A stretch of 62,048 nt of DNA, the filler included, from Vannella sp. (lineage: Eukaryota), in the NCBI GenBank assembly GCA_023345925.1. It is 5 parts of 5 records of this genome, joined end to end, with 100 filler letters (N's around TTAATTAATTAA, not from the genome) between each part and the next. Parts side by side here need not be neighbours in the genome. Positions count along the whole stretch, not along the records: positions 1 to 12,226 come from JAJQQN010000350.1; positions 12,327 to 30,899 come from JAJQQN010000107.1; 3 more parts are not named here. The stretch is one strand, 5' to 3'. The notes below the pieces were generated by a model. It searched no databases. It was not told where the DNA came from and saw nothing but the letters and a program-made list of their open reading frames with translations. The first letter of the stretch is position 1; each line of letters opens with the position of its first letter. This document shows positions 9,368 through 21,260 of this stretch, in pieces. Both the position numbers and the translations under genes were made by a program.

Positions 9368-12226
9368 TTAGAGGAGGAGTGTGTGAGTGTTTGGGATGGT
9401 TTGGTACACTGGAGAGGATTGCTCCAGCCGAGAGTCTCGCGGAAAGGCGTGTGGCTTGGTCATTTGGCGGGTCCAGGAATGCAATGTGACGTTCTGAAGC
9501 GTTCGTAGAGTTGCCTCTTGCCATAGGAGAGGAGAAAGTCCTGTTTCATCTATGATGAAAAGGGAAAGGTCGCTGGTGGATAAATCAAGTGGTCCTTCAA
9601 TCTGGATCTCACAAAAAGTCTCTTCACTTGCTCGAGTACACTCGCAGTTCAGAAGAACAGGCGTGGCTCCCCACCGAGTTGTCAAAGGCGCATTTTTGAG
9701 CTGGATATACTCCCAACCGACAGGTAATTGCGGTTTCAAAACAACAACTGGGCGCCCTGCATCTCTTGACACCTGGATTCCGAATAGACCTTCGACAATG
9801 GGCACTGCTATGCTGTAAATACTCCAAGCTTGAACAAAACATCCCCCTTGTGGGGACATCTCATGAAGAGATCCAGGAGTCTCATAGGAGAAAGAGTCGC
9901 CCAGCTTTTGGAGATATTCGAGCATTCCGCTCATGTTCCCGTATCTTGCCTCAGCGACAGCTTGGACTCCAGTTGGCAATGTCATCACTGCATTCGTATA
10001 AAGCCCATGTGACTCTCCAGCACCATCTCTTTCGCCACTGTCGGGCCTGTCAATACCTGTAACGTACATTCCATATTTGTTGGAGTACTGGCGAGCTGTG
10101 TTGAGTGCTCTTCGGGCAATATCTGGCGGGAACAAAGATTGTTCTAAGAGAATTGAAGTGATCCAACTCTGGTAGATGTTCCAGCCACGCTTGACTGTAC
10201 GGAACCTGACATCTCTCATAAGTTCTCTGGCCTCTTCAAGCTGAGACTCCAACTTGGCGAGAGTTCCACTTCGATTAGGTAAAGCCTTCACTCTTTGGAT
10301 AGCTTCCTTGATGATTGTTACAGCTTCAAGAGGTGTTGTAAAAAGTTCAGCAAAGCAATCTTGCTCTTCAAGCCAAGCAAAATCTGTCAGGAACTTGCGA
10401 ATCTCTCTGATAGATTCCGAAAGATCTTCAGCTTGTTTTTGAAGGATTTTCTCTTCTAAGTTCCCAAAGCAGGGCAGTTTGTAGTGACACCAAGGTGTCT
10501 TGGTTGAGAGATTGAATGATTGGTACTCTTCTCTTGAAACAGGGCTCCACTGGCACTTGTGACTCTCACATTCTTCAAGAGAATGCTTCTTACAATCGAT
10601 GCGTTCTAAGTACGACACAGCTGGGCAGGGCGGGTGCTCAGATTCAGAAATAAAGTGAGCAAGCTCTTGATAAAGCTTCGATGCTGCTACGTAAGCTTGA
10701 AGCGTGTAAGCAGCGACATCAACCATCTCTATAGAAGGCCTGTAGAATCCACCAATCTCCATAATACCAGTTCCCTCAGGAATGTGATTGCCGTCTTTGT
10801 CGAGACTCTTCAGGAAGTGAACTCCTCGTTCCACCCCTTCTAAATGAGAGAGAAGCCAAGTGGCATTGCCTGATGCGACATAAATCTTCTCTACTTGGAT
10901 GATATAATGGGCCGTCTCTTGAATGTTCCCTGGGTGGTATACTGATCCAAGAGGAGTCATTTCGTGAATAATCTGTCCAGATCGGCCATTGAAAGTTCTT
11001 GAGGCGTGCAGAAGAGTATCCAGAGTTTCCAAGGACTCTGTGAGAGAGTCTCATCGTTTAGCATCGGGACTGGAGGATAACAAAGGCATCCAACTGACCT
11101 TCAATCATCCCAATGGCAAGCATTCCTTCAATTGAATAGGTTGTGTCACATCCGTAAAGCATTGGATACTCGGGAAGTCCTCCCATTACAGCTGAATAGG
11201 TGGAATGAGATGAACATGATTTCAGAAAGAGATATTCCTTCTTACCTCGCCCGTACGTTCCTATTGGTTGGTAAAGCCATCCGACATTGTATTTGGCCCA
11301 CTCGTACATCTCTTGAAGGGAGGAATCGCTCATTCGAACATCAACCCGAGACCTTTGCCGTTTGGCATTCTCTATTTTGGCTCTCTTCGTCGTCTGGAAG
11401 TCTTCTTTCATCAGCTCTTCGAGATTTTGAACGGCTTCTTGATGAGAAGCACCGCTACTGAAGTGTAGGGAGGTCGAGGAAGTGAATTCCACACAAAGTC
11501 GGATGATAACATTGCCCAGTTGTCCTTGCTGTGAAGGCTGCTGCGCCTTCAGATATGCAGAGAGTTGTTGATGATATTCACTTTCTTCTTCAAGCCATTC
11601 AACTTGCGAAGAAGAAGACCCAGAATCGAGTTCTATCGCAAGAAGGCTGCCTCCGTTGGTGCCAATGGCAAGATAGCCCGTTGGGGAGACGCCATCAGGT
11701 GTTACTTGAGTGCAAACAACAACTCCGTGCTTCTCGTACCAGCAACGGTCTGGCCAATCACTCTGCCCGGCTTGTTCCATCAACCAAGGTCCTCGAAGAT
11801 GGGGAAACAGCTGCCACACCAACAGAGTACTATCAGGAGAGTCTTGCTGAGAAGAAAGACCAACAGATACACCAAGGCGATCTACTACCATGTCTGAACG
11901 CACCAGAGTGCGCTGACCAGAGACAGGATAGGCAAACTCGTTTCCCCAAGGGTACTGCGTGAACTGAGGGCGGCTGAGAGATGAGTAGAGGGTAGCTCCA
12001 TAAGTATCAGCTACACGAAAGTCAAATCCACTCAGCAAACGCATCGTAGGAGTCCAGAGACCGCCCATCGCTCCACCAATATGCCATCCATGGGCAGGGA
12101 AGCTTCCGTCCTGCTTCCCTGTCATAAAGAAGCCTTCACCAGCACACACAAAGCCTCCTCCACTCTCTCTCCCATCAATCCCCGCCAAATCCTCGGCCCA
12201 AACCGTCGCCACCAGCAAGAGCACCG
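9368..12226 (-). CDS. Secreted glycogen-debranching/amylo-alpha-1,6-glucosidase-like (alpha/alpha)6 glycosidase with inserted trefoil domain; spliced, 5' end cut by gap
   Basis: Signal-peptide remnant LLLVATVWA; GWHIGGAMGGLW, GLPEYPMLYGCD, GQIIHE, PGNIQET, MTLPTGVQAVAE, PGSLHEMSP..QAWS. Confidence 0.75.
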
Positions 12227-12326
12227 NNNNNNNNNNNNNNNNNNNNNNNNNNNNNNNNNNNNNNNNNNNNTTAATTAATTAANNNNNNNNNNNNNNNNNN
12301 NNNNNNNNNNNNNNNNNNNNNNNNNN
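12227..12326. other. Artificial contig spacer (N44-TTAATTAATTAA-N44)
   Basis: N runs around an all-frame stop linker. Confidence 0.98.
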
Positions 12327-13408
12327 CCCTCGATTCGGAGAAAGTCAGGCATAAACTGGTGTGGGACAAAGTAGTGGCGAAGATTGAATCCTTCATCCCT
12401 GGCTCTCTTCGAGAGAACGAGATCAATCGGTTGGAACAAGGTTTCTGAGGGGAACATGATATCGCTCTGTTTCGAGTAGAAGATGAGCTCCTGTGCTTGA
12501 TGGTCTTCGTTGAAAAGAACGTTAATGACAGTTTTCACAGGAATCTCTCGACCTTTCACCCTCCACACCTGATTCGTCTCGATAGAGTCCACCCAGCCGT
12601 TGGAAAGTAAGTAGAAAATGACATCGCATTCAAGAAGGCGTGTTTGGTAGAACAACTGACCAATGGGAAAGTGGTTGATTTGGAGTTCAAACGGGAGAAG
12701 CGTTGTTAGGCCGAGGAAACCTCTGTTATAGTCCAAAAGGGTTTTACTCGCGCAATTCCAACGAGAGAATGCCACATCTCCGAAAGTGGACAGTCGTCCA
12801 AACGCATATTGGGCGCGCTGCGCAGCGTTGGTTTGAGTTGGACTCTCATTCGATTAACGGTAAAGAAAAACCTACTGTTTGCTCTTTTCTGTGCTCCAGT
12901 TGTTGCATGAGTTCCATGACCTGCCCAGAGAGCATTTGAACCTGCTGCGTGAGGAGGTGAATGCTCGCAGTCGATTGGGGACAAGTTGGATTGGAGGCCG
13001 GAGGTTGGGGAGGAGCGAGGAGGGCCTGCCCAGAGTTGGAGACCCGGCAGGCATACTGAGTTATCATCTCCCTGAGTATGTCATCCTCCGGTTTCCTAAC
13101 AACCTCCCCGCGAGATAGGTAAGTCAGGGTTTGTTGCCAAAGGCGCTTCTCTGAAGGATTGTGAGTGGTTGCTGGAAGTAGACTCGGTAGCAGGGCACAC
13201 TACCTTCTTCTTGGATGCCAGAAGGGGGAGTATCAATGCAAGATTCTTCCAATCCCAAACGAAGGCAACGAGGGCAAGGCCGCTGATCTGTGCAGGAAGA
13301 TTTGGCTTTCTTGCAATGAAAGCAAGCTCTCTTGCTTCGCCTCCGAGTCTTCTGCGACCCCAAAGATTTGGGTTTGCCAATCGACACGGGGACGCCCTTT
13401 CCTTCCAT
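12327..13408 (-). CDS. Zn(II)2Cys6 transcription factor with C-terminal PAS-like region, copy A; 3' end cut by gap
   Basis: RACFHCKKAKSSCTDQRPCPRCLRLGLEESC; introns 13203-13151 and 12875-12818 join exons in frame. Confidence 0.85.
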
Positions 13409-13648
13409 CCAGCAGACAAAGAATGAAGGAGACAACGCCATAGTGGGCAATGACCAATCACAATCCGGGACCGGTAACTTGCCGTTCCCAATTTGGTGCG
13501 TTCTTCGTTCCACCAAAGGAGAAGCTAGTTTGGGGGCATTCCCCTCATTCGGTCCCTCACTGCTGGATATTCTCTGCGGACCCGTCGAGAAAGAGCTCTG
13601 CTCCAGATCTATTGCTGGGAGCGAAGTCTAGAAGGAAGATTTGGTCAT

Positions 13649-15130
13649 TTAGACGTTTTGCGATGGTCTGGTTGGACTTCCTTCGGGGATCCAGGAAAGG
13701 TCGAATTCGGATAGGGGCGAGCAGAGAGAGCTTCTGGGGTTGGGAGACGTGCTAAGAGGTATACCGTCTAGCAGACTTTCTAAAAAGGCATCTTCAGAGT
13801 CTGGAGGGTCCAAAAAGAGAAAGGAGCCACGCGAGACATCTTCGGAGGAACTTGTGAAGGGAGGACTTTGGTTATCGTCACCAAAGAGGAAATCTTCAAA
13901 AGAAGGCGATCCTGAAGATGCTGTAGAAACAAAAGAGCAGGAAGGCGATGGAATGGGAGAGGGGGTCGATTCAAAGTCGAATTCGCAGACTTTTCCAGAC
14001 CCTTGAAGCTCTTCACAGACGCTTTTGGGGTCCCCAGGTAGCCGAAGAAAGTCAGGCATGTACTGATTCTTCACAAAGTACTGGCGAAGGTTGAACCCTT
14101 GGTTCTTGGCTTTCTGTGAGAGAGCGAGGTCAACAGGCTTGAACAAGGTGTCCCGTGGGAAAGAGAACGCGCTTCGCTTCGAAAAGAGAATGTACTCTTG
14201 GGGTTGATGGCTCTCATCAAAAATAACGTTAATGAAGGTTTTGACGGGAACCTGGCGACCCTGAATGGTCCACTCCTGATTCGTCTCAATGTACTCCGCC
14301 AGCCCATTGGCCAGCAGGTTCAGTATCAGGCTACAATTGATGAGATACTTTTCTTCGAACAGCTGGTGCGAAACAAAGCGGTGGATGGGGAGTTCAACGG
14401 AGGAAAGCATCGTCAACTCGAGAAAGCCGCGGTTGTAATCAAGGAGAGTGTAGTTGAAGTGATTCCAGCGAGAATAGGCCACATCTCCAATAGTAGAGAG
14501 TCGAGAAAAGACGTAATGGGACCTCTAAACGCTCTATCTTAGCCTGTGATCGGGACAAGGCGGGAGGTAAGCTTACTGTGAGCTCCTTTTTCTGTTCCAG
14601 TTGCTGCAACAGCGCCTGAACTTGATCTGAAAGCGATTGATTCTGCTGTGTGAGGAACTGGATGCGCGCAGCTGCCTGCTGGCTGCTCTGTTGTTCTGAC
14701 CGATGAAGAGAAGAGTCGTTCGAGAGGAGCGCTTGTCCAGAGGAAGTGGGAGAAGTCGACACACGACTAGCATAGTGAGCTATCATTTGTCGCAGCTTCT
14801 CATCTTCCGAACTCGTCGGGCTCTCGCTTCGAGAGGACAAGTAGGTCAGGGTTTGCTCCCAAAGCCGCTTCTCTGCATATTTGTCAGCGATATCCTCCAA
14901 ACAGACAAACGCATACCATCCTCTTGGATGTCGGAGCGAGGAGCATCGATACAAGAGTCTGAAAGTCCCAACCGAACACAACGAACGCAGGGGCGCTGGT
15001 CCGTGCATGAAGTCTTCGACTTCTTGCAATGAAAGCACGCTCTCTTAGCTCTCTTAGCCCTCTTCTTCGCATCTTCCTTCTGTTTTACAGGGGCTTTGGA
15101 GATGGCAGTAGCAGGACCCTCCACTTCCAT
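13649..15130 (-). CDS. Zn(II)2Cys6 transcription factor with C-terminal PAS-like region, copy B
   Basis: RACFHCKKSKTSCTDQRPCVRCVRLGLSDSC; introns 14916-14873 and 14576-14525; acidic Ser-rich tail. Confidence 0.87.
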
Positions 15131-15292
15131 CCTCCCAACAAATAATGAATAAATCACCACAAATCAGATTTAACCGCATTTCCACCCAATTCCTGTTTTC
15201 TTTCATTTCGTGATCTTAAACATCTCGGTGGGGCATTTCCCCTGTATCTTCACACCTTTTTGTCCAATCAGAGCAGGGCCGGTTGGATATTC

Positions 15293-17764
15293 TTATCTGT
15301 TGCCCAAGCCAGGGCCACGTCGGAAGAGTAACTCTGCTCCGATGAGCAATAAGACCACTCCAATGATGATGAGGTCGGAGTCGTATCCGTCATCAGGGGG
15401 AGGAGTGGGAGAGTCAAAGTCGTCCAGAGGTTGAAATGGAAGGGGCGTCTCTTGAGGGGATGTATCTAGCTCCTCTTTAGTGAAGAATCCACGTTCATAA
15501 TCTGAATGAAATAAGTCGAAACGCGCAGGTGAGTTCGGAACAGACGAACCAGAAAGAAATTTCGAATAGAAGTGTGTAAACACACTTGGCTGGAGAGAGT
15601 AGAGTGCTAGATCGATAGGAAGCTCATGAATAAGGTTATTTTCATACTTTTGAATGGAATAGTCCCATGCTAGAGAAAGAAGGCTGACTACATTAGCCAA
15701 GGTACTCTCTTTCGAGAGATGCATAGAAGCATGGAAATACTCTTTCGCGAGCTCTAAGTCTTGTGCAAGTCCCAAGCCATAATGATGCATGTGTCCGAGA
15801 TTGAAGAGAGCGTGGGCGCTATGGAGAGAAGTGGCACGATAATGTGAGGCAGCCAATTGGTAGTATTGCCATTTCAAAAGCTCTCCACCTGGGGAGCGAG
15901 AGTTTGGACTTGCTTGGGAAAAGAAAAAGTCACCCAATCTCATGTGAGCATCCTCATTGCCCTTTTTAGCTGCCAGCTCATAGTAGAGAAGTGCAGAAGG
16001 GGAGGTTGAATCACTGGGGGTGTTGCCTGCAAATCCTTGGTCGTACATCCACGCCACGTTGTCTTGGGCCACTTCATACCCCTGAATAGCTAACTTTTCG
16101 TATAGCAGTAGGGCAACTTGATACCTTTGCTCCTGGTAAGCTTCAAAGGCTGTTTCAAAATCGTAGACCCAAGTGCCTCTTTCCACAACCTGGCGGTACC
16201 AATTGAGAGAGGACGCACATTTGCCATCGTAGAATTGAAGGATTTTGGCGAGATGGTACTGGCCTTCAAGATACCCTTTGACTGCTGCAAGATGGAAGAG
16301 TTCGTTTGCTTGATTCATGTCCGCTGGAACAAATTTTCCCGCTGCAAAGTGGTTAGTAGAAGAATTGGTGGGCCGGATTAGAACGCACCAGCGAGGAGTT
16401 TGCCCAATTCCACTAACGCCTCCGCGTGTTGGAGTTTCGCAGATTGGCGAAACAGTGAGATGGCCTTTTCAATGTCAATGGGCGTGCCGATTCCAAGACG
16501 ATAAGATTGTCCGAGGAGAAATGTGCCATCAGGATCACCCTTTGGTCCAGATGTCAGAGGAACTCAAATCTCAGAGATTGATTCACTCACCAGATCATGA
16601 GAAGACTGGAAATAGCTGAAGGCAGTCGCATTGTCTACTTCGACGCCAAAGCCGTGGCGGTACATATTTCCCAAAAGGGCGGTGGCACGAGAGAATTGGA
16701 GTTTGTGGGCTTGTTCAAGCAGAATCACCGCTTTTGAGTGGTCTATCTGGTAGCCATAAACACCATAAGTATAAATCAAAGCCATCTGAGTCATGTGCAG
16801 AGGATCCCCGCTTTCTGCCTCCATTTCCATATACTCTAAGATTTCTCGTTCCTCCTCATCTGCATGCCGCCCTGTCGTTGCGAAATCTCTCAAACTAACA
16901 AGATTGACGTAGGCCTGGCGGTCAAATCGCCCGGGAGCCCTTCCCAGCTCTTTCATCACTTCCGCCCCAACGAGTTGGTAGAGTCCCGATGCCTTCCGGC
17001 AAGACTGTGGCACACCAGAACCCTCTGCATACTTGGCTCCCAGCGAGAGAGAGGCCATCACATCTCCTCCTTTCGCTGCGAAAGTGAAAAGGAGAAGCGC
17101 CTTGGAAGTGTCTCGAGAGACTCCCTTCCCAGTTTCGTACATGAAAGCGAGCTCTCGTTGTGCTGGTGCGTATCCAAGATCAGCTGATCGTTGAAAGTAC
17201 TCATTGGCCTTGGTAAAGTTCTGTTCTCCCACCTCTGGGACCGTGCCAAACTGATGTCAAGGTGAGGTGAGAACTTGCTCTCTCTTCCTGAGGATCTCGC
17301 ACCTGATGGAGAATGCCAAGCTCGAATAAGGCCTCTGGATGTTCTTTCTCGGCCTGGTCGACAAGGAATAGAAGAGAAGAAGCTCTGTTGCTACCTCCCG
17401 CAAACTCCCCTTCACTTTTGCGGTTGGTAAGCACGAGAACGGCCTGTTGCAGTGTGCTGTCTTCCTCTTCTGAGCTTTTGGAGTGTTTGGTGGCGGTCTC
17501 TGCTTCTTGGGCCCTCCGCAATGCCTGTTTTGCTTCCAAGGTGGACCGAAGTTGTCCCAGCTCGGCCTTGAAGACCTCTCGGTGCTGGGGAGGATCACTC
17601 TCAGATGATGTCATATACGGACGTTGAGTCGTTGGATCAACAAAGGTCATTCCGCTCTCCTTCTCTTCCAGGATCAACTTCATCAAAGCTGCTGGTCGTT
17701 CTCCATTTTCGCCTGCTCTCCCGTCCTGGTTGGCTGCAACCAACACCAACACCAATCCTAGCAT
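15293..17764 (-). CDS. SEL1L: SEL1L/Hrd3-like Sel1-repeat ERAD protein; spliced
   Basis: Signal peptide; Sel1 repeats (AQRELAFMYETGKGV, LGNMYRHGFGV, ALFNLGHMHHYGLGL); VVERG.W; GYEVAQDNVAW; C-terminal TM. Confidence 0.85.
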
Positions 17765-17844
17765 TGTTCAGTCAGGCTCTTCTTCTTCCCTGCAACGAGA
17801 ACCCACCCACCACGAGGAACACCCCGTTCATGAGAAATGAAACT

Positions 17845-17887
17845 TTTAGGGTTTAGGGTTTGCGGTTTAGGGTTAATCCTTAGGGTT
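17845..17887. repeat. Interstitial TTTAGGG-like telomeric/telo-box repeats
   Basis: TTTAGGG TTTAGGG TTTGCGG TTTAGGG TTAATCC TTAGGG. Confidence 0.75.
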
Positions 17888-17888
17888 G

Positions 17889-19335
17889 CTATTCCTTCGT
17901 GGGGTGGAGCTCGTGGAGGGCTGCTTTGATGTTTTCGCCCCACTGAATAGCGGTTTGGTTCACGCGATCCTCGTCGAGTACTGTGATAACGCCCTCCCGA
18001 AGAAGTGGCTTTCCAGCCACCCAAACATTGGTGACCTCGTTGTTTCCACTCATCAGCACCGTATTGCGCACGCTGTACACTGGAAGGGCATTGATCTTGA
18101 TGGAGATGAAGTCAGCCTCCTTACCCTTCTCCAGAGAGCCCACAAGATGGTCGATCTTCAATGCCTTGGCGCCATTGATCGTTCCAGCGCGCAGCCAGTC
18201 CACCATACTCAGGGATCGATTGAGATGTCCTAACACAGTGACACTGCGGTAGTTGTCAACCAAGCTGGCGGTCCGCAACTCCCCAATCATGTCGAGATCG
18301 TCGTTGCTGGAGGCGCCATCGGTTCCTACGCACACGTTTACCTTCCCCAGAGAGCTGACGGGGCAGATTCCTGATCCTAACTTCAGGTTGGACTCAGGAC
18401 AGTGTACTAAGCCGGCAATGTTGGTCTCTTCCATCCTCTCAACCTCTTTAGGATCCACTTGGGTCATGTGGACGCAGATTAAACGGTCATTCACGAGTCC
18501 CAGCCTTCCCAGATCAGTTAGTCATGTGTCAGAACCATTCATCCTCTTATCATACTTGTCAAGTCGCTCGAAAGGACGCTCTGGGACATCTGAGATCTCC
18601 TTTTGAGTCTCATGAAGATGAGTGTGGATGAGGACGCCCTTCTCTGAGGTCTGGTTAGCAAGAGTATGAGAGGAGGAGGTTCTTCTTACCGTCAGAGATC
18701 TCCTTGCACCTCTTGAACAGCTCATCAGTGACTGTGTAGGGAGCATGAGGGGAGAGTGTGACTTGGATGGTTGGATGGCCTTCGTACGCCTTGTGGAGCT
18801 CAAGGAACTTCTCCAATGCAATCTCAGGAGTGGCAGCCCAGTTAGTTCCCACGTTAATGATGGGAACACCGACGGCAGCGCGCATGCCGCACTCCTCTGC
18901 CACCTGCGCTGTGACTTCAGGGAAGAAGTACATGTCATTGAAGGTGGTTGTTCCTGATCGTATCATCTCTGCACACGCTTTCTCCACACCAGCTCGACAG
19001 AACTCAGGAGAGACGAATTTGCGCTCCACAGGCCAGATGTACTCGCTTAGCCATGTCATGAGGTCCACATCATCGACAATAGAGCGCACCAAGGTCATAG
19101 CACTATGGGCATGCATGTTGATGAAGCCAGGAAGCAGCACGTGTTGAGGTAAGTCCACACGCCCGCCCTGTATTGCTTCATACTTGGCGTCCGCCTCCTC
19201 CGTTGGCAGGAGGTCCACGATCTTCCCATCCTGAACTACCAACGAGTGGTTCTCAAACTCTCCCTCTGGTTCAATGGGAACAATCCACCGAGCCGAAACG
19301 ACCCACTGAGCGGCTTGCTTGGTAGATACGGACAT
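17889..19335 (-). CDS. Amidohydrolase, MTA/SAH deaminase (TRZ/ATZ) family; spliced
   Basis: PGFINMHAHS, EMIRSGTTTFNDMYF, SPHAPYTV, HTHLHET, HCPESNLKL, GTDGASSN, GSLEKGKEAD. Confidence 0.92.
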
Positions 19336-19427
19336 GCGCTGGACCAGCCTCGTGCGCATTAATGACAACCAATCGAGTCGAGAACCTTCGATTCAACTCT
19401 GTATCAGTGAGAGGTAGTCCTTTATGA

Positions 19428-20027
19428 TCAGATTTGGCTGTAGGACCTCCTCTTGGACACCACCACAGCGGCGATTACGCCGATGATCACCACGACGACG
19501 AGGACAGCCGCGAGAACGCCAATGACAATGCCGAACCACTTCCAACCGTCATGATCGGAGGGAAGGGGAACCTTGCATTCGGGATCATCGCCGAAGAGGA
19601 AACCGATGTAAACCTGGGAGGTGATGTTGGTCTTGAATTGAACGTACAAGTCGTTGTATGGACCGTAGGTATAGACAGTGCAATTAAACACGGGCTTCGT
19701 CTTAGTGCCTTTGTAGTTGCTGACTTCCAAGCTGGAGACAGGGAAAAGCGAGGTCTCGTTTTGAGTCGAGTAGACCTGCACTGAAGTCGCAGTGCTGAGT
19801 TCTTTGTCACTCTCTGGGTAAATCCCGATGATGAAGGTGGGTGGAGAACTAGCCTCATAAGAGCCAGAAACTCGATAGCAGTACGACTGCACAGGGGTAA
19901 GGGTTGTCCAAGTGTCGGCATAAAGGGGTCCGTAAGAGGTTCCGAGGGGGCAGCCATTGATGAAATCACAACGGACGGATCCCAAAGTGAGAAGGAGGAC
20001 AGCGCAGACGAGAAGGCAGGAGTGCAT
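19428..20027 (-). CDS. Small type I membrane glycoprotein with C-terminal YxxI motif
   Basis: Signal peptide MHSCLLVCAVLLLTLG; TM WFGIVIGVLAAVLVVVVIIGVIAAVVV; tail KRRSYSQI. Confidence 0.75.
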   Translation of the reverse strand: MHSCLLVCAVLLLTLGSVRCDFINGCPLGTSYGPLYADTWTTLTPVQSYCYRVSGSYEASSPPTFIIGIYPESDKELSTATSVQVYSTQNETSLFPVSSLEVSNYKGTKTKPVFNCTVYTYGPYNDLYVQFKTNITSQVYIGFLFGDDPECKVPLPSDHDGWKWFGIVIGVLAAVLVVVVIIGVIAAVVVSKRRSYSQI

Positions 20028-20177
20028 GGTGAAAAATAAACCAAGCTCCGGCTCCATGGCTCTTTCCCAAAAGCGAAGTCAAGTCGGGTCGGGAACATTC
20101 GGAAAGAGTCTTCACGGCTCTTTCTTGTTCACACATGCAGAGAGTACTTGGAAGCCTGGAAGGATGGTGATTTATCA
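20011..20177. repeat. Upstream/first-codon segment of the 19428-20027 gene, copied at 21261-21451
   Basis: Shared blocks AGAAGGCAGGAGTGCAT, AAGTCAAGTCGGGTC, TCTTTCTTGTTCAC, TTGGAAGCCTGGAAGGATGGTGATTTATCA. Confidence 0.85.
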
Positions 20178-20213
20178 AGGCAAACACACACTTTCCATCC
20201 ATCCAATGGACGT

Positions 20214-20996
20214 TTAGAAGGTGCAAGCCGAACAGCTCGTCACGGCGGAGGAGCCAACCAGGGTGCTGTCGGGAACAAATGGACAAGGGAATGCTCCAAC
20301 TTGGCAGAAGCCATAGATCTCACTGGTTGTGTCCTTGCTGTACAGGCAGCAGAGGTTTGTTGATCCCCAGTAGACGCGATTCACCGTGACAGAAGTAAAA
20401 GAGACAATGGAAGTGGTAAGAGAAAGAGATCTGACCGCAGTCAAGTTGCAGTCTCCCTTGAACAGTTCGTAAGGAACCACGTAAGTCGAAAGGCCTGCAT
20501 CATTCCCATCTGAGTTCAATTTGAACGAGAAGGTGCTCACTTTCCCTTTCATGTCAGTGACGGTCGCCAGCATCTTGGTGGAACCCAACGCATAAGCTTC
20601 AATGAGAATCTGAGAAGTGTTTCCCTGAGTAAAGTCAGTGTTCAATCCAGCATTCTCAAGTCCAGCAAAGGTGAGCACTGCTTCTGAAACCATTCTAGCT
20701 TTGATCTTTGGTCCCTCAACGAAATAGAAGCCATCCTTCACTCCTGAAGAGACGTAAGTCTCTTTAGGTCCTGAGGTGAAAGACACAGAGATGTCGCGTT
20801 GTCCTCCAAGTATGGTTGAGCTCTTGGTAGAACTGTTGCTGGTTTGAGGTTCAGACGATAACCTTTGGGTGTAGATGTAGATTTCGGGTTCAGTAGCATT
20901 GAAGTCGTCCACAACATAGAAAGCAGCAATCGAACCAACATTGGGAATAGCAGAGCAAAAGGCAATCAGGCTCACGAGAAGGAGGTGGGAAAGCAT
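20214..20996 (-). CDS. Secreted Ser/Thr-rich protein with Cys-rich C-terminus, unknown function
   Basis: Signal peptide MLSHLLLVSLIAFCSA; N-glycosylation sequons; LCCLY...CQVG.FPCP...CSAC. Confidence 0.7.
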   Translation of the reverse strand: MLSHLLLVSLIAFCSAIPNVGSIAAFYVVDDFNATEPEIYIYTQRLSSEPQTSNSSTKSSTILGGQRDISVSFTSGPKETYVSSGVKDGFYFVEGPKIKARMVSEAVLTFAGLENAGLNTDFTQGNTSQILIEAYALGSTKMLATVTDMKGKVSTFSFKLNSDGNDAGLSTYVVPYELFKGDCNLTAVRSLSLTTSIVSFTSVTVNRVYWGSTNLCCLYSKDTTSEIYGFCQVGAFPCPFVPDSTLVGSSAVTSCSACTF

Positions 20997-21260
20997 GGTG
21001 TACTAGCAAGGCGAGAAGAGGAGACAAAGAAATCCAAATCGGCCGCTTTGACAGGAGTTGACTCGGACTCCGGTCCCGATGTTTCACACCTCCTAAACTA
21101 AACGGATATTTTTGGAAGTCTCTCGGATGCACAGAATTGCCCAAATCCTGATTGGCTAGTTTCTTGCCCTCAGGCAGCTCATGGCGAGCTACTCCAGGAC
21201 GAAAATCAAGTGCAATCCCTGCTTCTCAGGGGCCCACTCACCTGTGCAGTCGTGCAGATG

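Noticed and set aside
12227..12326. Palindromic TTAATTAATTAA flanked by Ns, four times in the window
   Set aside because: Assembly linker with stops in all frames, not biological; genes on either side are not necessarily neighbours
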